Below are positions 7,483 through 16,648 of a DNA stretch of 31,033 bases, piece by piece; positions within the stretch are counted from its first letter, which is position 1, and every line of letters starts with the position of its first letter. The DNA is from a virus (Duplodnaviria > Caudoviricetes), in IMG/VR virus record IMGVR_UViG_3300033067_000373, positions 1 to 31,033 of that record. The stretch is one strand, 5' to 3'. The notes under the pieces were generated by a model. It searched no databases. It worked only from the letters and a program-made list of their open reading frames with translations, and was not told the DNA's origin. A program made the position numbers and the translations under genes.

Positions 7483-8215
7483 CATTTATGGCGAGGCTGC
7501 ACAGGTAGCTGACAAGGTCAAGAAACGCTCAGGTGGTCAAAAAAACGGTGCTGGCGACCCATCCGAAAGGTCGAGCGATACCCCAGCGGATGCTCCGTAC
7601 CGAAATGACCCCAGACACGTCACCCCTTTTGCCATACCGATTGAGGCGCTGGATATAACGCCACAGCAGATCAAGTTCGTGGAGGCTTACCTTGTATCTA
7701 GTAATGGGAAAGAGGCAGCAATAGCAGCAGGTTACTCCGAGGACAGCGCGAAGGAACAGGCGAGCCGATTGCTAACCTACGCTAACGTCGAGGCGTACAT
7801 GCGTGCGCGATTGTCCCAAACAATTCAGGCACTTGCGATAAATCCCGAGTTCATTCAGGCCGAACTTTTGGACACATACCGCAAGGCAAAGGAGCCGATT
7901 CCTATCTATGACCGCGAGGGGAATTTCACGGGGGAATACCAGTTCGACGGGCGCACGGCGGTGGCTGCGCTGGGCCTGCTGGCGAAGATTCGGGGGATGC
8001 TGGACAAGGTGGACGGGCGCAGCCAGATCACGGCGCATGTGGCCATCACGATCGGCCAGTATAATCCACAGGCAGCGCAGCGGCTTTGCGAGGCGGTGGG
8101 CATCGAGGTTCCGCGCGAGGGAGTGCTGCCACGGGTCGAGGGATTCCCGCGCTCCGCTCCGTACCAGTTCCGCAGCCCGAAAGTGATTGACCAGAAACCA
8201 GATGGAGAAGCGTGA
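7466..8215 (+). CDS. terS: Terminase small subunit
   Basis: ITPQQIKFVEAYL...NGKEAAIAAGYSEDSAKEQASRLL (Terminase_2-type HTH) and AALGLLAK..GM. Start reassigned to ATG 7466. Confidence 0.9.
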   Translation: MTKQHDIYGEAAQVADKVKKRSGGQKNGAGDPSERSSDTPADAPYRNDPRHVTPFAIPIEALDITPQQIKFVEAYLVSSNGKEAAIAAGYSEDSAKEQASRLLTYANVEAYMRARLSQTIQALAINPEFIQAELLDTYRKAKEPIPIYDREGNFTGEYQFDGRTAVAALGLLAKIRGMLDKVDGRSQITAHVAITIGQYNPQAAQRLCEAVGIEVPREGVLPRVEGFPRSAPYQFRSPKVIDQKPDGEA

Positions 8216-8553
8216 TGAGTACCAGAGCAAGTATACAAATTATTGACGGCGACGATGTGTTTTATTTTTATCAGCACAGTGACGGCTATCCCGAGGGGCT
8301 TGGCGAGTGGCTTGGTCGTTGCCTGCAGTTGCCAAAGGTTCAGGATTGCAAGGATGACCCAGAATATTTGGCTGGTGTTTTGATGATGGAGGTGAACCGC
8401 GACTACATCGAGCGAAACCTTCGCCTTCCTGACATGATACCAGCGACGTTCGTGCATGGTGATGAAGCCTACACTTACCAGATCGACGCGAAAACACTGG
8501 AAATGAAAACGCTTCGCGGCGCAATCAAGCCAGACGGCACGCGACATGGTTGA
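8212..8553 (+). CDS. Conserved hypothetical phage protein (MSTR...Y.HSDGYP family)
   Basis: MSTRASI...FYQHSDGYPEGLG...EAYTYQID. Overlaps the terS stop. Confidence 0.7.
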   Translation: MMSTRASIQIIDGDDVFYFYQHSDGYPEGLGEWLGRCLQLPKVQDCKDDPEYLAGVLMMEVNRDYIERNLRLPDMIPATFVHGDEAYTYQIDAKTLEMKTLRGAIKPDGTRHG

Positions 8554-8617
8554 CGGGCAATAGCAGCCTGTGGCATTGTAAAGTTTCAGCGTTCACATTG
8601 TAAAGAGGGGGTGCAAT

Positions 8618-8806
8618 ATGGCCGATTTTCAAGAGAAGTTCTATTACCTCGCGTGCAAGGGATGCGGCGAGCGCATGGCTGGAATCGTCGACTACAAGGC
8701 GCGGAAAATCTGTGAGCCGTGCGGCGGCAATCGCACCGAATACCACGCCGACAACCCGCTGCCTGGAGGCATGACCGACACCATGCGCAAGCAGGCACGC
8801 GCATGA
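8618..8806 (+). CDS. Small zinc-finger-like protein
   Basis: CKGC...CEPC. GAGGGGG RBS. Confidence 0.6.
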   Translation: MADFQEKFYYLACKGCGERMAGIVDYKARKICEPCGGNRTEYHADNPLPGGMTDTMRKQARA

Positions 8807-8988
8807 GCCAATCAAACCCATGCTATGACATGAGCGACCCCGTGCAATGGCGAAATTACCATGAGCGGCGTGGCGATATATTCTTAAAAAGCCAACGCCT
8901 AGAGGCTGGCGACATGCTTTTGGATGAAAAAACGATAAAACGGAAAGATGGCACAATAGAGCCTATTCGCTGGAGTAAGCCAGAATGA
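8803..8988 (+). CDS. Hypothetical protein (MSQSNPCYDMSDP...)
   Basis: ATGA overlaps at both ends. Confidence 0.55.
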   Translation: MSQSNPCYDMSDPVQWRNYHERRGDIFLKSQRLEAGDMLLDEKTIKRKDGTIEPIRWSKPE

Positions 8989-10490
8989 CAGGCAGCGTAA
9001 ATATCAACTACAATCCGCCAGGGCCTGTGTCTGATGCGTTCATGACCTCGGCAGCTTTCATTCGCGGCATCAAGGGGCCAGTGGGCAGCGGCAAAACCAC
9101 GGCGGCGCTTATGGACATGCTGATGACTGGCACGTTCCAGCCCAAGGACAAGGACGGCCTGCGCCACTATCGTGGGGTTGTCATCCGTAACACATACGGC
9201 GAACTCGAAACCACGACGATCAAGTCGTTTCACATGTGGATTCCGCCCGATTATGGCCAGTTCCTCAAAACCGCGCCTATTCAGCACAATTTCATCCTTA
9301 ACGATGTTTCCTATGAGTTCCTGTTTCTGGCGCTTGATCGACCCGAACACGTCAAAAAGCTGCTTTCGCTGGAGGTAACGCAGGGCTACATCAACGAGGC
9401 GCGCGAAGTTCCCAAGGCAATCCGCGATGCGCTCACCGCCCGCGTGGGTCGCTACCCGAACATGATGATGGGCAACGACATCGAGGGCTATGGCTCGCGG
9501 CGCTCGGGCATTATCATGGACACGAACAGCCCAGACAGTGACCACTGGTGGGCAAAGGAGGCTGACTTTCAGGACGAGGAAGGGCAGGCGCAGATCACCG
9601 CGCTTGAGAAAGAACTGGTCGAGGCGAACGTCATCACCGAAGGAACGCGCCTGGTCGAATACTTCAACCAGCCGAGCGCCGAAACCGCTGACGGCAAAAT
9701 GAACCCAGAGGCAGAGAACATCGAGAACCTGCCGCCTGGGTATTACGCAAAGATCAAGCTGGGCAAGTCGCAGGACTGGATTAAGGTTTATGTGCGCAAC
9801 GAATACGGCTTCGTCATGGATGGCAAGGCTGTCTATCCCGAATACCGCGAGAGCCTGCACGTCATCCCTGCGTCATACAATCCGAATTACGAACTGCATA
9901 TCGGCATGGATTTCGGGCTTACTCCCGCCGCCGTCATAGCCCAACGCACGCCAAGCGGTCGCGTCATCGTGCTGTCTGAGGTAGTGGCGCTGCGCATGGG
10001 CGCAAAGAACTTTGCCCGCGAACTCAAGGCGCACATTGCCGAACGCTACGGCCAAACCCCGCGCATCGGCACAATCACTGGCGACCCAGCGGGCAACATT
10101 GCCAGCCAAACTGACGAAACCACCGTGTTTCAGATGCTCGAATCGGAAGGCATCAAAGCGCGCCCCGCATCCACCAACGATTTCACCATACGCCGCGAGG
10201 CAGTAGCCGCTGGCTTCTCGCAACTGGTCGATGGGCTGCCCATGCTTGGCGTGGCTGAGGGATGCAAGGCGCTGCGCAAGGCGTGCGCGGGCGGCTACCA
10301 CTACAAGCGCGTGAAAGTGTCGGGCGATGAAAAGTTCCAAGACAAGCCCGACAAAGGCCAGCACTCGCACATCGCCGAGGCGCTGCAATACCTCATGCTC
10401 GGGCTGGGCGTGGGCAAGGAAATCATGATGAAACCACAGAGCGTGCAGAATCAATACCGCGCGCGCCCTCAATTTGCGGAGATGTTGTAA
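8985..10490 (+). CDS. terL: Terminase large subunit
   Basis: Walker A GPVGSGKT, Walker B YINEARE, coupling motif DTNSP, RNase H-like GMDFGLTPA, GDPAG, SHIAEALQY. Confidence 0.95.
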   Translation: MTGSVNINYNPPGPVSDAFMTSAAFIRGIKGPVGSGKTTAALMDMLMTGTFQPKDKDGLRHYRGVVIRNTYGELETTTIKSFHMWIPPDYGQFLKTAPIQHNFILNDVSYEFLFLALDRPEHVKKLLSLEVTQGYINEAREVPKAIRDALTARVGRYPNMMMGNDIEGYGSRRSGIIMDTNSPDSDHWWAKEADFQDEEGQAQITALEKELVEANVITEGTRLVEYFNQPSAETADGKMNPEAENIENLPPGYYAKIKLGKSQDWIKVYVRNEYGFVMDGKAVYPEYRESLHVIPASYNPNYELHIGMDFGLTPAAVIAQRTPSGRVIVLSEVVALRMGAKNFARELKAHIAERYGQTPRIGTITGDPAGNIASQTDETTVFQMLESEGIKARPASTNDFTIRREAVAAGFSQLVDGLPMLGVAEGCKALRKACAGGYHYKRVKVSGDEKFQDKPDKGQHSHIAEALQYLMLGLGVGKEIMMKPQSVQNQYRARPQFAEML

Positions 10491-10978
10491 TGCAGTACCA
10501 CGTCAGGAAGGCCACACCAGAGGACGCGCAGGATTTTATCGGCATTGCGTCGATGTTCTTTAACGAGTCGGACAATGCAGGCCGCGTCACACCGCGCGCC
10601 GATAAGTTCGCCACGTTCTTTGCTGGCGCGCTGGAGTTGCCCGAAGAAATTGCCATTTTGCTTGCTTTCGATCAGGACGGGCGCATCAGCGGCTATTCCA
10701 TCCCCATCGTGCAGCGGGTATTCAGCACCGAACCCATCGGCGACCTGTATCAATTCTATGTTGCAGGCGATCATCGAGGGAGTGGATGCGCGCGGGCGCT
10801 GGTCGAGGCGACCGTGGCGCAATATGACGCATGGGGTTGCGCGATTTCATACTCTTACGCCGCCGCTGGGGTAGCAGGGCCAACTGGCCAGCCTGAAAAA
10901 AATGTGGCATTGTTCCGCAACCTGTGGCAAAAGTATGGCTACAAGCAATCGGGAATCATCATGACGCGCGAGGTGTAA
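10490..10978 (+). CDS. GNAT-family acyltransferase
   Basis: VRKATPED start, motif A FYVAGDHRGSGCARALV, and C-terminal LWQKYGYK. Confidence 0.85.
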   Translation: MQYHVRKATPEDAQDFIGIASMFFNESDNAGRVTPRADKFATFFAGALELPEEIAILLAFDQDGRISGYSIPIVQRVFSTEPIGDLYQFYVAGDHRGSGCARALVEATVAQYDAWGCAISYSYAAAGVAGPTGQPEKNVALFRNLWQKYGYKQSGIIMTREV

Positions 10979-10979
10979 A

Positions 10980-11234
10980 ATGGCTGGCTCAATTCCAATC
11001 GTAGGTGGCTTACTCGGCGGGCTAATGGACACTCCCAAAGCGCCGCCACTCACCCCCATGATCGACACACCACCCCCGCCGACCGTCGACACGGCGCGCG
11101 AGGCAGCCGATGCGCAAGCCGCTGCCGAAAAGCGGCAAGGTCGCCTCTCCAATATCTTCACACCAAGCGCGACCAGTGACCAGCTTGGCCAGAACACCGC
11201 GACCACGTTCAGCAAGAAGCTGTTGGGTCAATAA
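10980..11234 (+). CDS. Small pre-portal virion protein (T7 gp6.7/gp7.3 position)
   Basis: Hydrophobic Gly-rich N-terminus, Pro-rich segment, RQGR.S.IFT, C-terminal KKLLG. Confidence 0.65.
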   Translation: MAGSIPIVGGLLGGLMDTPKAPPLTPMIDTPPPPTVDTAREAADAQAAAEKRQGRLSNIFTPSATSDQLGQNTATTFSKKLLGQ

Positions 11235-11251
11235 CATAAAGGGTTCGCGCC

Positions 11252-12934
11252 ATGATGGACTCACGCCTTTCTGAGATTATGGCGCTGCACGAGAAGATGG
11301 TGCAGCAGCGCACCTATTACGAACCCGTGTGGCAGGAAATTGCCGAGCGCATCATGCCAGACGCTGCCATTTTCAACCAGACAACGGGCGGGCGCGGCCT
11401 ATCCAACACCACACCAGGCGAAAAGCGCACGCAAAAGATGTTTGATGCGACCGCCGCGCTCGCGCTACAGACTTACGGCTCGGCGATGGAATCCATGCTG
11501 ACCCCACGCACGCAACGCTGGCACGGCATCGCGCACGAGGACGAGGACATCAATGAAGATCGGGAAGTGCAGGAGTATTACCAGAAGGTGACGGGCATCC
11601 TATTTACCGAACGCTACCGCCCGCAGGCCAACTTCTCAAGCCAAGCGCACGAGTGCTATATGAGCAACGGCGCGTTCGGTACTGGCCCGATGTATATCGA
11701 CGACATGCTGGGCGTGGGGACACGCTACCGCGCCTGCCACCTCGCCGAAATCTATCTGGCCGAGAACTTCGCGGGCATCATCGACATGGCGCACCGCGCC
11801 TTCAAGTATTCCGCGCGCCAAGCATACCAGCGTTTCGGCGATCAACTGCCCGAGAAAATCATCAAGTGCGCTATGGGCAAGGATGCGCTGCAAGAGTTCA
11901 GCTTCATCCATTGCGTGCGGCCTAACGAGGACTACCGCGCCAACGGCAAAAAGGGCTTTAAGTTCGAGTCGTACTATGTGAGCGTCGAGGAAATGAAAAT
12001 CGTGCGCGCGACCGCTGGTTATCGCGCATTCCCGTATGCTTTCACCCGTGGCCTAACACTTCCAGGCGAGGTATACGCACGCGGCCCCGCATCCCTCGTG
12101 CTGCCTGATGTGAAGCAGCTTAACGAGATGGAAAAAACCAACCTGCGCATGGGTCAGCTTTCCGCTGAACCGCCTGTGCTGCTTTCGGTTGACGGCTCGC
12201 TTTCGGGCTTCAAGATGCAGAACGGTGCGCTGAACTGGGGCGGGCTGGACGAACAGGGAAACGAGTTGGCCAAGCCGTTCAAGATCGGCTCGAACCTCAA
12301 CCTTACCCTCGAAATGATGAACCAGAAGCGCGAAGTCATCAACCGCGCATTCCTCGTGACCGTGTTTCAGATTCTGGTCGACAATCCGCAGATGACCGCG
12401 ACCGAAGTGCTGGAGCGCGCGCGCGAGAAATCAGAACTGCTCGGGCCTACGATGGGTCGCCAGCAAGCCGAGTTCCTTGGCCCCATCATCGCCCGCGAAC
12501 TCGACATCCTCGAAGCCTCTGGCAAGCTGCCGCCGCTGCCGAAAAAGCTGCAGGAAAATGGCAACCTGTGGAAACTGGAATATACCAGCCCATTTAACCG
12601 CGCGCAGATGGCCGAGGAAGGCATCGCCATTCAGCGCACGATCGAGGCAGCCGCTCCCATCATCGCACTCGACCCCGAGGCGCAGAGCGTATTCAAGGGC
12701 AAGGGCGCAGACATGATTCGCCGCCTTGCCAAAATCAACGGCGCGCCCGTCACCATGCTGAACGATGACGACACGACGCAGGAACATACCGCCGCTGCCG
12801 AGCAAATGCAGATGACCGCCAACGCGATCGAAGCTGCACCGCTTGCAGGTCAGGCCGCTAAGAGTTTCGCTGAGGCGCAAGCACTCGCCGCCGCGTCGGG
12901 CGCAAGCACTCAAGCCAACATACCGATGCCATGA
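11252..12934 (+). CDS. Portal (head-tail connector) protein, T7 gp8/BPP-1-like
   Basis: 560 aa. W.EIA..IMP, FDATA..A, FGTG, GEVYARGP, MTATEV.ER..E....LGP. Confidence 0.95.
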   Translation: MMDSRLSEIMALHEKMVQQRTYYEPVWQEIAERIMPDAAIFNQTTGGRGLSNTTPGEKRTQKMFDATAALALQTYGSAMESMLTPRTQRWHGIAHEDEDINEDREVQEYYQKVTGILFTERYRPQANFSSQAHECYMSNGAFGTGPMYIDDMLGVGTRYRACHLAEIYLAENFAGIIDMAHRAFKYSARQAYQRFGDQLPEKIIKCAMGKDALQEFSFIHCVRPNEDYRANGKKGFKFESYYVSVEEMKIVRATAGYRAFPYAFTRGLTLPGEVYARGPASLVLPDVKQLNEMEKTNLRMGQLSAEPPVLLSVDGSLSGFKMQNGALNWGGLDEQGNELAKPFKIGSNLNLTLEMMNQKREVINRAFLVTVFQILVDNPQMTATEVLERAREKSELLGPTMGRQQAEFLGPIIARELDILEASGKLPPLPKKLQENGNLWKLEYTSPFNRAQMAEEGIAIQRTIEAAAPIIALDPEAQSVFKGKGADMIRRLAKINGAPVTMLNDDDTTQEHTAAAEQMQMTANAIEAAPLAGQAAKSFAEAQALAAASGASTQANIPMP

Positions 12935-13233
12935 TTGACCGCGCACGCAATGCCATCATTTACCGCATCATGGGAGTTCGCCGCGCGTGGCAGGCGGCTT
13001 TCCTGAATGAGGACGGCACACTGAATGACAACGGCAAGAAGGCAATGGGCGACCTCGCGCGCTTTTGTTATGCGAACCGTAGCTGCATCAAAATGTCGCC
13101 AAAGTCAGGCACGATCGACCCCATCGCCACCGCTGTCGCCGAAGCGCGCCGCGAGGTTTTTCTGCGCATCATGCAGGCCATGAACCTCGACGAAAGAGAA
13201 TTACAACGCCTAATCAACCAACCAGAGGAGTAA
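12931..13233 (+). CDS. Bbp19-like small head-associated protein
   Basis: G...(M/L).DL..FC...DP..TA..EARREVFLRI, between portal and scaffold. Confidence 0.7.
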   Translation: MIDRARNAIIYRIMGVRRAWQAAFLNEDGTLNDNGKKAMGDLARFCYANRSCIKMSPKSGTIDPIATAVAEARREVFLRIMQAMNLDERELQRLINQPEE

Positions 13234-13237
13234 GACA

Positions 13238-14158
13238 ATGACCGAAGCAGCACCAGGCTCCGCCCCAGCAGGCGGGATAGCAGACCCAGCGGCAGCAGCC
13301 GCACCAGCAGCGGCAGGAACGCCGCCCGCAGGTGAACTGAACCCGCAAGGCGGCATCACATTCGATCAGGATTTCACTGACTGGCTCGGCTCGAAAGGCG
13401 TGAAAGCCACCGATGCCTTCAAAAATGAGGATGTCTACAAGGTCGCAAAGTCATACCGCGAAACCGAGAAGTGGGCGCTGGGCGGCGAGAAAATTGTCGT
13501 GCCGAAAGAGGGAGCGCCGCAGGAAATCTGGGATGCGCTGTTCAATAAAATCGGACGGCCAACCACGCCCGAAGGCTACAAACTGGAGATCGGCGATAAG
13601 GCAGACGAAGGCCTGGTGAAATCGTTTAAGGAAGTGGCGCACAAGTCGGGATTGCCGCAGCAAGGTGCGGAGGGGCTGTATAAGTGGTTCAACGAAACCG
13701 CCGCGCAGCTTGAGTCGCAGCAGGAAGCCGCGAAGGTCGAGCAATTCAATGCCGACAAGGTGGCGCTGGGGACGGAGTGGGGCAAGGATGCCGTGCGCAA
13801 TGCCGACCTCGCCGACCGTGGCACGAACGTCGCGCTGAAACTGCTTGGCCTCGAAGGTGAAAAGGCTGTCGGCTTTCAGGAAAAACTGGAGGCTGGTATT
13901 GGCTTGCGCAATGCAGCCGTGCTGATGATGAAGCTGTCAGAGATGGCTGCGACCACGGGCGACACGTTCGAAGGTGGCGAGCGCAAAGGCGGCGGATTCG
14001 CACCAAGCGCGAAGCAGGCCGAAGTGGAAATCTCGCAGCTAAAAGCAGATCGCAGTTTCCAAGAGCGTCGACGCAATGGCGATAGCCAAGCGATAGCGCG
14101 CTGGAATGAACTGCACCGCATCGCAGGCGGTGGCGGGAACTTCGAACCGCGCATGTAA
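13238..14158 (+). CDS. Capsid assembly scaffolding protein
   Basis: A/P-rich N-terminus, KSY...EK, GRP..PEGY, L..EWG. Upstream of the major capsid gene. Confidence 0.8.
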   Translation: MTEAAPGSAPAGGIADPAAAAAPAAAGTPPAGELNPQGGITFDQDFTDWLGSKGVKATDAFKNEDVYKVAKSYRETEKWALGGEKIVVPKEGAPQEIWDALFNKIGRPTTPEGYKLEIGDKADEGLVKSFKEVAHKSGLPQQGAEGLYKWFNETAAQLESQQEAAKVEQFNADKVALGTEWGKDAVRNADLADRGTNVALKLLGLEGEKAVGFQEKLEAGIGLRNAAVLMMKLSEMAATTGDTFEGGERKGGGFAPSAKQAEVEISQLKADRSFQERRRNGDSQAIARWNELHRIAGGGGNFEPRM

Positions 14159-14167
14159 AAAATCTCG

Positions 14168-14196
14168 CTTGCAAATAATGTGGGAATCAATATCAT
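14168..14196 (+). promoter_or_regulatory. Promoter upstream of the major capsid gene
   Basis: C-TTGCAA-16 nt-TATCAT with AATCAA abutting the -10. Same layout as PR at 5945. Confidence 0.55.
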
Positions 14197-14199
14197 GCT

Positions 14200-14340
14200 G
14201 GTAATGGGTGCGTGATTCACCACATATAGGGAAAAGCGGCATTACCCCGCCTCCCTTCGCAGGATGAATCGCAGCGCCCGCGACTGGCCCTGACGAATAA
14301 GCGTTGGACTAGCCAAACCATAGGTTCCAATTTAACCCTT
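14200..14340 (+). ncRNA. Structured 5' leader of the capsid gene (candidate cis-regulatory RNA)
   Basis: Nested stems GGGTGC/GCGCCC, GTGATTCA/TGAATCGC, GGGA/TCCC, GCGG/CCGC with loop CATTACC (14206-14279), then smaller hairpins. Confidence 0.5.
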
Positions 14341-14356
14341 GTTTTGGAGAAGTTCC

Positions 14357-15280
14357 ATGACCGTCTTTATTCCTAACCAGTACATCCTCGATTACACGAG
14401 CGATACAGCACTCGCCTACCAATTCGGTGGCGACAAACTAGCCAACCGAATCGTGAACGGAACCCACACGGGTGAAGGCGCGGCAGCGGCTGACTATGTG
14501 CAAGCAACCCACGCGAACGAAAACCCTGCGCGCCTTGCTCCTACCCCGAGCAACAACGCAGACGTTACGCGCCCTTGGGTTTACCCCAACTACTACGACC
14601 ATGCGTTCCAAATTGCGAACCAGGACATCGACCGCCTGTTCAATTCCTCTGCTTCCCGCGCGAAGTATGCTGAGAACCAAGGTAAGGCGATGGCACGCAA
14701 ACGCGATGACTACATCGCCGCTGCACTGTTCGCATCGCGTCAGATTGGTAAGAACGGCGCGACCGCCGATGCCTTCCCAACGGGCGCAACGCAAGTGGTC
14801 GCTCCCAACTTCGAAGCCGCTGCGAACACGGGCTTGACCGTATCAAAGCTGATTCAAGGTAAGATCAACCTGCAGGCCAACGGTGTCGACATCGAGAACG
14901 AGAAGCTGTATTGCATCATCGACTCAGTGCGCCACGGTCAGTTGCTCAAGCAAATCGAACTCCGCAGCAAAGACTTCAATGAGAAGCCTGTGCTGAATAA
15001 CGGGATGGTGACAAGCTACCTGGGCATTGACTTCATCCACATGGAGTTCACCAACGCGACGTTCTACCCGAACGCAGCAGCAATCATGGCGGCAACCGCT
15101 GTGCGCTTTGTGCCGCTGTTCTCTGGGTCGGCGATGTACTGGGGCCAGTGGAAGGACGTAAATGTTCAGCCTAGCTTCCGTAACGATCTGTCGGGCGCAT
15201 TCCAGCTTTACAGCTTCGCCGAGGGTGGGGCTGTTCGCCTCCAAAACGGTGGCGTTCAACGCTTGGATTGTATCGACTAA
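14357..15280 (+). CDS. Major capsid protein
   Basis: AMARKRDDYI..A, LL...E..S.DFN, GxVxSYLGIDFI, GAVR....V. GGAG RBS supports ATG 14357. Strong codon bias. Confidence 0.9.
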   Translation: MTVFIPNQYILDYTSDTALAYQFGGDKLANRIVNGTHTGEGAAAADYVQATHANENPARLAPTPSNNADVTRPWVYPNYYDHAFQIANQDIDRLFNSSASRAKYAENQGKAMARKRDDYIAAALFASRQIGKNGATADAFPTGATQVVAPNFEAAANTGLTVSKLIQGKINLQANGVDIENEKLYCIIDSVRHGQLLKQIELRSKDFNEKPVLNNGMVTSYLGIDFIHMEFTNATFYPNAAAIMAATAVRFVPLFSGSAMYWGQWKDVNVQPSFRNDLSGAFQLYSFAEGGAVRLQNGGVQRLDCID

Positions 15281-15307
15281 TCAACCAGTTAAAGAGGAGT
15301 ATTCACC

Positions 15308-15745
15308 ATGCCTACAAACGCTCAACCTTATGCTGGTACGTTGGCTCAACCCCGTGTTGACCCGATTCCCCAGTATGGCTACGCCTGCCGCACGCAGAAC
15401 TACCGCGCGGTTATCACCCTTGCATCGCAGCCTGCAGCGGATTTCATCCGTCTGTTCCGTCTGCCTGCTGGCGTGTATCCGCTCCGTGGTATCATCCAAT
15501 CCACTGTATCGCTCGGAACCTCGACGGTTGCGATCGGTATTAGCGGGACAACGGGTAAATACCGTGCGGCTGCAACCTTCACCGCAGTGGACACACCGAC
15601 CCCGTTCGGCGTGACTGGTGCGAACATCACCTCTGGCTTGCCCGTTCCGCTGGCAACGTCCGAGGAGATCATCGCAACCGTAGCGGTCGCTGCGCTGCCT
15701 GCTTCTGGCACGCTGCTGATCGACATGGAAGTCGCTGTACCGTAA
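15308..15745 (+). CDS. Capsid cement/decoration protein
   Basis: 145 aa, beta-rich (LFRLPAG, IG..G...KY), directly after the capsid gene. GAGGAG RBS. Confidence 0.65.
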   Translation: MPTNAQPYAGTLAQPRVDPIPQYGYACRTQNYRAVITLASQPAADFIRLFRLPAGVYPLRGIIQSTVSLGTSTVAIGISGTTGKYRAAATFTAVDTPTPFGVTGANITSGLPVPLATSEEIIATVAVAALPASGTLLIDMEVAVP

Positions 15746-15757
15746 GCGGTATGGTTT

Positions 15758-15804
15758 GGGGAGGCGGAGTTATCCTTTCGCCGCCTCCCCTTAATCAACT
15801 TTTA
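15758..15804 (+). terminator. Hairpin/putative intrinsic terminator after the head genes
   Basis: GGGGAGGCGG-13 nt-CCGCCTCCCC followed by TTAATCAACTTTT. The weak U-tract suggests it is leaky. Confidence 0.6.
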
Positions 15805-15819
15805 CTAGGAGTTTAAGCC

Positions 15820-16014
15820 ATGCCGACAAATACCTGGGGAGTGAACCAGAACCTTGCAAAAGGTGATGTTCAAGAAACGCAAGCCAGCACGCGCACTGGC
15901 ACGACCCGTAACATCGAAGTTACCATCGACGATACAATGACCCGTGAGCAAGTGATGAAGGGCTTACAGCTTATCAAGCAACGCATCACGGAAAGCCGCC
16001 TATTTACTCGATAA
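15820..16014 (+). CDS. Small hypothetical virion-module protein
   Basis: 64 aa. AGGAG RBS. Confidence 0.65.
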   Translation: MPTNTWGVNQNLAKGDVQETQASTRTGTTRNIEVTIDDTMTREQVMKGLQLIKQRITESRLFTR

Positions 16015-16036
16015 TCTGCGCGAAAGGTAGGGTTCC

Positions 16037-16639
16037 ATGCCATCCATTACCCAACTGGCGAACCGCACCTTGCAGAAAACGGGGGCGCAAAGCCGCCTCA
16101 CCAGCATCGACGACAGCAGCAAAACTGCGCGCGTTCTGAAAGAATCCTACGATCAGGTGCGCCGCCGCGAGTTGCGGGCGAACGTGTGGAACTTCTCGAA
16201 AACCCGCGTCGGCCTTCCCAATGAATCCACTGCGCCTGCCTTCGGCTTCACTTTGCAGTATGTGCTGCCATCCGATTGCCTGCGCGTGCTACAGGTCGGC
16301 ACAACGCGAGTTGACCTTGCTGGCATGAACTATCGCGCAGGAGGCGAAACCCCCTTCAAAATCGAAAATAACCGCATCCTGACCAACTTGGCATCACCGC
16401 TTTACATCGTCTATATCGCCGATGTGACTGACACGTCGAAATGGGATGCCTGCTTTGATGACGTATTCTGCAGCCGCTGGGCGCTGGAAACCGTCGAGAG
16501 CATCGCGCAAAGCACCACCAAAAAGGAAAGCCTCAAGGATGATTACCGCCGCTCGATCTACGAGGCGCGGGTGGCCAATGCGATTGAGAACCCGCCCGAG
16601 GCAATCGCTTCGAGTAGCTGGGAACTGGCGCGGTTATAG
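16037..16639 (+). CDS. Tail adaptor (tubular protein A, T7 gp11/P22 gp4-like)
   Basis: AN..L...GA, YD..RR..L....WNF...R..L, Y.LPSDCLRV, YI.DV.D...WD..F. Confidence 0.85.
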   Translation: MPSITQLANRTLQKTGAQSRLTSIDDSSKTARVLKESYDQVRRRELRANVWNFSKTRVGLPNESTAPAFGFTLQYVLPSDCLRVLQVGTTRVDLAGMNYRAGGETPFKIENNRILTNLASPLYIVYIADVTDTSKWDACFDDVFCSRWALETVESIAQSTTKKESLKDDYRRSIYEARVANAIENPPEAIASSSWELARL

Positions 16640-16648
16640 GGGGACGGC

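Noticed and set aside
8856-9860. 334-aa antisense ORF over terL, and similar ORFs over portal, nozzle and ejection genes
   Set aside because: Antisense shadows of well-supported genes in GC-rich DNA.
15162-15614. Possible T7 10B-like frameshift or read-through extension of the capsid protein
   Set aside because: No slippery sequence near the capsid end. A second in-frame TAA follows the stop, and the cement gene has its own strong RBS.
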